Source: a virus (Duplodnaviria > Caudoviricetes). Taken from it: DNA of 39,356 bases. The notes under the pieces were generated by a model, which worked only from the letters and a program-made list of their open reading frames with translations, was not told the DNA's origin and did not search any database. Shown in pieces: positions 34,281 to 39,356 of the stretch. The stretch covers positions 1-39,356 of IMG/VR virus record IMGVR_UViG_3300029925_000036, one strand, 5' to 3'. Made by a program: the position numbers and the translations under genes. The first letter of the stretch is position 1. Each line of letters starts with the position of its first letter.

Positions 34281-37200
34281 ACACCCTTCTAAGTACCGGT
34301 CGCAGCACAGCGCGAAGTACTGGTTGGAGCACTGCCCCTTGGTCGGAACCACCACCAGGCACGTCGACCCTCAACAACGAAAATTGCCCTGTGAAATAAT
34401 CAGTACCACCCTCGGCCGAACCGGTTCGCAGCGTCAAATTTGCAGGCAATACATCAGCAGTACTAACATTGCCCGAACCAGCAACAGCATTAACTATGAT
34501 GCCTAACCCGGATGATGACGAGGCGCTGCACTCAATTGTGTATGTAGTGCCATTAGTCATTGCCGACGTAAACGACGCAACATAATCAACGCCGCCAGTT
34601 CTCACGCGGAATTCAAAGGCCGTGCCTGTGTGCCACAGGGATACGTAGTTAGACGCAAACGCGCCGACTGACCATAGGCACACCTCGCCTTGATTCGCTG
34701 CCGTGGGCTTAACGATCACCTCTAGGATGTAATCATTAGCCAACGCTGTAGGCCACGCATAAATTAGATCATCAGCGGCGCGTGTTGCAGCTCCGCCGAT
34801 GCTAATAATCGTAGTCGTTGAAAATGCACCCTCCTCTAGCTGTGGGAGCAAATACTCGGCAGCCTCGCCAGTAGAGCACCACATACGCACCGGTCGTGTC
34901 GTCAAAAGAGGCACTATATTATCTGACTCAAAGCGTCTAAAAAATGGCGAGGTGATAACGCTGCCATCAGTGACTCGGTCTGCGTTAAGGTAAAATACCG
35001 GGGCGCCAAGAACCAACTTGGCAACAACAGAATGGCAGTGAGGGTTAAGATTATTGACTGTTCCATCGTGCGTAAAATAACTACTACCGCTGCCAGCAGA
35101 ATTGTCAATCGCAAGTACTAACCCAGTTGTAGCTACTCCTATATAGCCATCCGTTGTTAATTCAGATGTGCGATCGATGATGCCAAAAAGACAGCCGGTC
35201 CCGCCGTTTTCGGTTGCGACCACTCCAACAACACCAGCGGCATTAAACGCAGCCGCATTACCCATCGGAATTGTTGTGGTATGTACCACAGCATTAGGGC
35301 TCGTGCATTTATTGACACGCAACGGCTCAATCAGCAGCCCGTCAATATTTGGGATTCGCTCAACGTTGGCGAGTGCGGTTTGTATTTCTCCAGCACCATC
35401 AGTATATGTGGCTTCTGTGTTGCGGTCGTAGGATGTGAGGATACCTGCTGTCGGTGTTATGGCTATATCCAGCGGTACGTTTAATTGTATATCGCCAATG
35501 ACAAACGCATGCGTGTATAACGTCGATCCATTTTTATCTATCCCTACAACTGTTATGGATAAATATTGACCAGTATCAATAATTTCCATCGTCGAATATT
35601 GACCGTCAGTGTCGCCTTGAAAAACAGTGCCAGAGTAGGGGCCGCCTTTGTTGCTGCCAAATTGACCAAACGGTGCTGAATGGTACAAGGGCCAGCCCCG
35701 CCTACCTAGCGTACTGTAGGTGTTATTCATACCGACATCGTGCGTTATCATATGCGCATCCGCACAGATAAATACAATATTATGCTCTAACTCCAGTTCA
35801 AATATTTTATCTGATATCTCAGTTCTTTCCGCCGCAACAGCCGACCAATTATCAGCAGCAGGAGCGTTGACTATCCAAGGAACACCGACAGACACCACTG
35901 TAAATTTTATACTTGGGCTGGCGGCAATAGCGCTTAATTCTGAGAATAACCAAGATTTTTGTGCCGCGCCGAGTCTCGTAGAGGCATTTGCTTCATAACG
36001 AACATCCAGCATAATAAATCGAGTACGGCCCTCAGTCCATGCGCGCTCGATACTCCCAGTGCTTGGATTGTTTAAATTAGCATTTGGTATGTATTTACGG
36101 TACGCCCCTGCCGCTGATATTTTAGTGGGGTTGGAACCTACCGCATCATTTACGCCGTAATCGTGATCGTCCCATATGTATTTTAACGAGTGCGACTCGT
36201 ACATCGCTCTTTGATTCGATTGTGAAAAAACAGTTTTAAACGCAGTGAAATATGCACCCTCCGTGTTTACAGCAATATTATTGTAGTGCATATCCCCCTG
36301 ATGAAGGACTTTATCAATATCAGTAAGCGCTGCTATAGCTGCAAATGTCTGAGAGTTATTGCTAGATGCTGCATCGCCCGAAAATACGTATTTAATTGTG
36401 CCTATATCACCGGCTGCTATAGCTGTTTTAAACTTTCCGTTACGTGTATCTGCGGCCCCATCTTCTATTGCTCGGTAGTAGTATTGGGTGCTTGACGTCA
36501 AACCAGCAAGACTGAAACTGGCAATATAATCATTACTGATAGCTGGTACAACTGCCGCAGTCGTTGAGCTATTGGAAAAATCTGCATTGGTTGAATATTC
36601 AAGTTGGGATGATAAACCGCTCGGAATACGGCATTTCACAATCGCGTTTGTGGCCTCTGAATTTGATAAATAGAACTCAATATCCACTGTACCAAACACC
36701 AACATGGCCGCTGCCATCTGATCACCTGGATCAGTCGTCGTGTAAGTGGACTCTACCGCCTCCACGACGACTGTTTTTGTTGCCACCGCGAGACCAGCAC
36801 TTCCCGCACCAGCCGTCGGCGTGTTGAAAAAAACCTCACTGAAACCGTTAGTATAAGCCCGCCCGCCGTCCACATTATTCCATGTATCAGACGCCCACAA
36901 AGCGATGGCCAAACCGGCCCTAGTTGTAGACGGCGTTGTCCCGGTAGACAGAGACACAGCGGTAAAGCCACTCGTACTAAAATTTGCAGCAACATCAATT
37001 ACGCCGCCTGGTACAGGGTCAAGCGCGCCAACCCACAACCCGGCGCCGGCTCCAGTACTTACCCACGCTTGCGTTAAAGAAGCTTCAGTGCCGTCAGAAA
37101 CTTTATATGAATAAGCAAGCGTTATACTTGCACCTGATTTGACGATAACGGGCGCCGTAAATCCTGGTATCGTCGTTACAGATGACGCGTCCTTATCAAC

Positions 37201-37317
37201 CGTCAGTACAGCAACAAGCATCTCGCCCGCTATCGGCAGCGTATTAAACGGCGTGGTGAGCGCAGAAGATGCATCCCCTGATAGCGTATTTGTGACGTTA
37301 TGTTGGATTAAGGACAT
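34279..37317 (-). CDS. phoD: Multidomain protein: beta-rich N-terminal domain, Fn3/PAP-N + PhoD-like metallophosphoesterase, C-terminal LamG-like region
   Basis: GLTSSTQYYYR...GKFKTA, FSGDA, HQGDMHY, IWDDHDYGVND, RFIMLDVRY, LGAAQKSWL, DNW and CADAH. It also has GLLIEP.R.N and QLEEGAFSTT.I...TRAAD, as in phage fibre proteins. No signal peptide is evident. Confidence 0.82.
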   Translation of the reverse strand: MSLIQHNVTNTLSGDASSALTTPFNTLPIAGEMLVAVLTVDKDASSVTTIPGFTAPVIVKSGASITLAYSYKVSDGTEASLTQAWVSTGAGAGLWVGALDPVPGGVIDVAANFSTSGFTAVSLSTGTTPSTTRAGLAIALWASDTWNNVDGGRAYTNGFSEVFFNTPTAGAGSAGLAVATKTVVVEAVESTYTTTDPGDQMAAAMLVFGTVDIEFYLSNSEATNAIVKCRIPSGLSSQLEYSTNADFSNSSTTAAVVPAISNDYIASFSLAGLTSSTQYYYRAIEDGAADTRNGKFKTAIAAGDIGTIKYVFSGDAASSNNSQTFAAIAALTDIDKVLHQGDMHYNNIAVNTEGAYFTAFKTVFSQSNQRAMYESHSLKYIWDDHDYGVNDAVGSNPTKISAAGAYRKYIPNANLNNPSTGSIERAWTEGRTRFIMLDVRYEANASTRLGAAQKSWLFSELSAIAASPSIKFTVVSVGVPWIVNAPAADNWSAVAAERTEISDKIFELELEHNIVFICADAHMITHDVGMNNTYSTLGRRGWPLYHSAPFGQFGSNKGGPYSGTVFQGDTDGQYSTMEIIDTGQYLSITVVGIDKNGSTLYTHAFVIGDIQLNVPLDIAITPTAGILTSYDRNTEATYTDGAGEIQTALANVERIPNIDGLLIEPLRVNKCTSPNAVVHTTTIPMGNAAAFNAAGVVGVVATENGGTGCLFGIIDRTSELTTDGYIGVATTGLVLAIDNSAGSGSSYFTHDGTVNNLNPHCHSVVAKLVLGAPVFYLNADRVTDGSVITSPFFRRFESDNIVPLLTTRPVRMWCSTGEAAEYLLPQLEEGAFSTTTIISIGGAATRAADDLIYAWPTALANDYILEVIVKPTAANQGEVCLWSVGAFASNYVSLWHTGTAFEFRVRTGGVDYVASFTSAMTNGTTYTIECSASSSSGLGIIVNAVAGSGNVSTADVLPANLTLRTGSAEGGTDYFTGQFSLLRVDVPGGGSDQGAVLQPVLRAVLRPVLRRV

Positions 37318-37332
37318 TTATTCCCACCCATG

Positions 37333-37674
37333 CTAGGGTGCTACCATTAAAACCGGTGCCGCTGGTGCCTTTGGGGTAAATTGCTCAATCACACTAAAAT
37401 CAGATTCGGCACCATACACGTTATACGCCGTAACTGCGTAATACGTGCCAGCGGGTTGATCATCGGTGTAAGAATTAGTATTGTTATCCGCTATATCTAG
37501 CAGTAACGTTAGCGACTCTGGGGTTCTTCCTGAGTATATTTTGTACCCTCCGATCTCACTCAGGGGGAGCGTGGAGCCATCTACCCGCGTGTCGGGGGCA
37601 ATCCATGACAGTTCGGCGGCATGAGTCGAAAACGAAAACAGTGCAAAAACGATTAGTAAACTCTTGAATTTCAT
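37333..37674 (-). CDS. Secreted fibronectin type III domain protein
   Basis: Sec-type signal MKFKSLLIVFALFSFSTHA, then LSWIAP.TR.DG..L..SEIGGYKIY and YYAVTAYN..G.ES.FS. Confidence 0.8.
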   Translation of the reverse strand: MKFKSLLIVFALFSFSTHAAELSWIAPDTRVDGSTLPLSEIGGYKIYSGRTPESLTLLLDIADNNTNSYTDDQPAGTYYAVTAYNVYGAESDFSVIEQFTPKAPAAPVLMVAP

Positions 37675-37683
37675 GTGAGCCTC

Positions 37684-37968
37684 CTACTGGCTAATCTCAG
37701 CGACTACAGTATCGGTACCATAATCGCCAGTTTTAATTCCAATCCGGTATAGCGCACTCTGAGCGGTCGCGTCAAGCGTTCGCTCGAAATCAGCAGTAAA
37801 GCTCTCGATATCCTTGACTGTAGCTCCCCCATCAAATGACCGCTGTACAATCACTGTCGAGTCGGTGATACCAGATACACTGACATCCGCAGCCCCTGCC
37901 AGCGAGGCCCACGGGGTAAAAGTGTTCTGCGCTGTGAGTGTTGCCCGCGCTAGTGTTAATCTACTCAT
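37684..37968 (-). CDS. Small all-beta protein (possible head-spike base/decoration protein)
   Basis: 94 aa of alternating beta-strand pattern, with V.VQRSFDGG and YRIG. Confidence 0.55.
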   Translation of the reverse strand: MSRLTLARATLTAQNTFTPWASLAGAADVSVSGITDSTVIVQRSFDGGATVKDIESFTADFERTLDATAQSALYRIGIKTGDYGTDTVVAEISQ

Positions 37969-38207
37969 GAGTCACTCTCCTTTTCTTTCAGTCTGATCTG
38001 TTGGCGTAATGACTTGATGCGGTAAATAGTCCACACCAAGGTCGTAATAATCACAAGGCACGTGAGTATCGGGTTGATGACGTCAGTCACCACCTGGGCT
38101 ATCGCGACACCGACACCTGCTGGGATTAGTGTTATATCGGTCGCGTTCGATGCGATTGGTTTTAGATCTGCTAGTCTCAGATCTAATATAGTCCAGAGTG
38201 ATTTCAA
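37965..38207 (-). CDS. Putative holin-like membrane protein
   Basis: One or two hydrophobic segments and a charged C-terminus. Probable TTG start at 38207 after GAGG. Confidence 0.5.
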   Translation of the reverse strand: MKSLWTILDLRLADLKPIASNATDITLIPAGVGVAIAQVVTDVINPILTCLVIITTLVWTIYRIKSLRQQIRLKEKESDS

Positions 38208-38270
38208 CGTGCTATACCTCACAATTGAATGATAGGTTTACTGACCCAAGCGCTGAGAATTCAGTATTTG

Positions 38271-38543
38271 TTAGGAATGAAGACCCTGTCGATCCATTCC
38301 ATTCAACTGATAAAGCGCGTCGTGCACAAGCGAGCCCCGCATAAAATCTACGGTATCAATCGCTGGTCCACTTGGCCCGTCCCACGAATAGCCTTCGCGG
38401 ATACACAAACTCCCACCGCAATCGATATGCATGAAATCGGTAATGATTCGCGCGGGCAAATTGATCCCAGTATCTTCGATATGTGGCGCAATCAGGCTAT
38501 ACGGCCACTTTTCATCCTGCTTGATATATTGAATTTGATTCAT
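38271..38543 (-). pseudogene. DUF1353-like protein, apparently truncated
   Basis: GYSWDGPSGP...RGSLVHDALYQL, followed by a stop 10 codons later. Confidence 0.55.
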
Positions 38544-38676
38544 GATGCCCCTTAATCAATAAAGTAAAATCCAGCCATTTTTATAAAGATGTAAATAACC
38601 AAAAATCGATATTTAGGTGTATTCAATTAGCGACCTGTTCAAAGTGACTTTTTTAGTCGGCCCATATGGTTGGTGA

Positions 38677-39354
38677 TTAGTCAAAATAGCCCATAATCGC
38701 ATACTCTACAATGTAGCCCGGAGTGCCTGATGTCGAGGCCCATATGAGATCAGTGCGCAGTATCATGGTACGGGACTGCTTAGACAGCCAAGCTCCACTC
38801 ACAACAGCGACCTGCTCCCTCGTTTGTATATCCATTCGGTCCATAGCTGTTGTGAGGGTGAAGTCGAAGTAATAGATCACCGAGGCAGTTCGATTACCAA
38901 AAGCATTCGCTGCCACTGTGGTCAGTTGGGTGTTGATTATAAATGCTCTGATTCCGGGTTCCGGGCGCGGAATCGACTGCCCTGGTGTGGTAATTGGTGT
39001 AAAGCTCGGTACTGACGTTCTCATACATAGGTTTGGGCCTACACGAGAATATCCCGCAGCGCAGGGCTTGGAAGATCTAAATGGTCCACCTATGTTAAGT
39101 GCACCGCCGACACCAGCGCCACCAGCGATAATCAAGGCACCTGTTGCTGTGTTGGTACTCGGTGCAGTGTCCGTGGTGGTGATCGGGATTATAAATTCAC
39201 CGTTGCCACTACCCACAATCGAGGCCGCGTTACCCTCAGATACGAGTGCTGCTGCTGCTGATGTGCTGGCGTTACCTTCTGATACGAGTGCAGCCGCTGC
39301 TGATGCGCTGGCGTTACCTTCTGATGTGCTGGCGTTACCTTCTGATACGAGTGC
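38677..39354 (-). CDS. Tail fibre protein, C-terminal part (partial; continues from base 1)
   Basis: The frame is open from the window end through the same SEGNAS repeats, then TGALIIAGGAGVGGALNIGG and a beta-rich tip ending IMGYFD. Confidence 0.85.
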   Translation of the reverse strand, partial: ALVSEGNASTSEGNASASAAAALVSEGNASTSAAAALVSEGNAASIVGSGNGEFIIPITTTDTAPSTNTATGALIIAGGAGVGGALNIGGPFRSSKPCAAGYSRVGPNLCMRTSVPSFTPITTPGQSIPRPEPGIRAFIINTQLTTVAANAFGNRTASVIYYFDFTLTTAMDRMDIQTREQVAVVSGAWLSKQSRTMILRTDLIWASTSGTPGYIVEYAIMGYFD

Positions 39355-39356
39355 TG
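39229..39356. repeat. Tail-fibre tandem repeat, right end
   Basis: Same units as bases 1-120. Confidence 0.95.

Noticed and set aside
38677-39356. Diversity-generating retroelement, suggested by the BPP-1-like structural genes
   Set aside because: There is no reverse transcriptase, and I saw no second copy of the fibre 3' end differing at adenines.

Overview
The window is a near-complete genome of a short-tailed (podovirus-like) dsDNA phage of about 39.4 kb. It is broken inside a 63-bp tandem repeat of the tail-fibre gene, which runs off both ends. Two arms diverge from a promoter region at about 16.63-16.76 kb. The minus arm holds terS, terL, portal, scaffold, major capsid, tail tubular A/B, three internal virion proteins and the tail fibre. 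Past the junction it continues with a DUF1353-like remnant, a holin-like gene, a small beta protein, a secreted Fn3 protein and a 1012-aa PhoD/LamG protein. The plus arm holds early genes (RadC/JAB, PAPS-reductase-like), an iteron-type origin, an HTH gene and a PrimPol-helicase. It then carries an accessory island (nucleotidyltransferase, attC-like sites, GH108 endolysin and holin), a family A DNA polymerase split in two by an unrelated gene, Cas4-like, DEDDh and VRR-NUC nucleases, a SNF2 helicase and an SSB. I found no integrase, tRNA, CRISPR array, reverse transcriptase or purZ. The most notable observations are the split PolA, a possible capsid-displayed PhoD phosphatase, integron attC-like sites without an integrase, and a twin internal-loop RNA element ahead of the capsid gene. 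All family assignments come from motif recognition and gene order, not from database searches.
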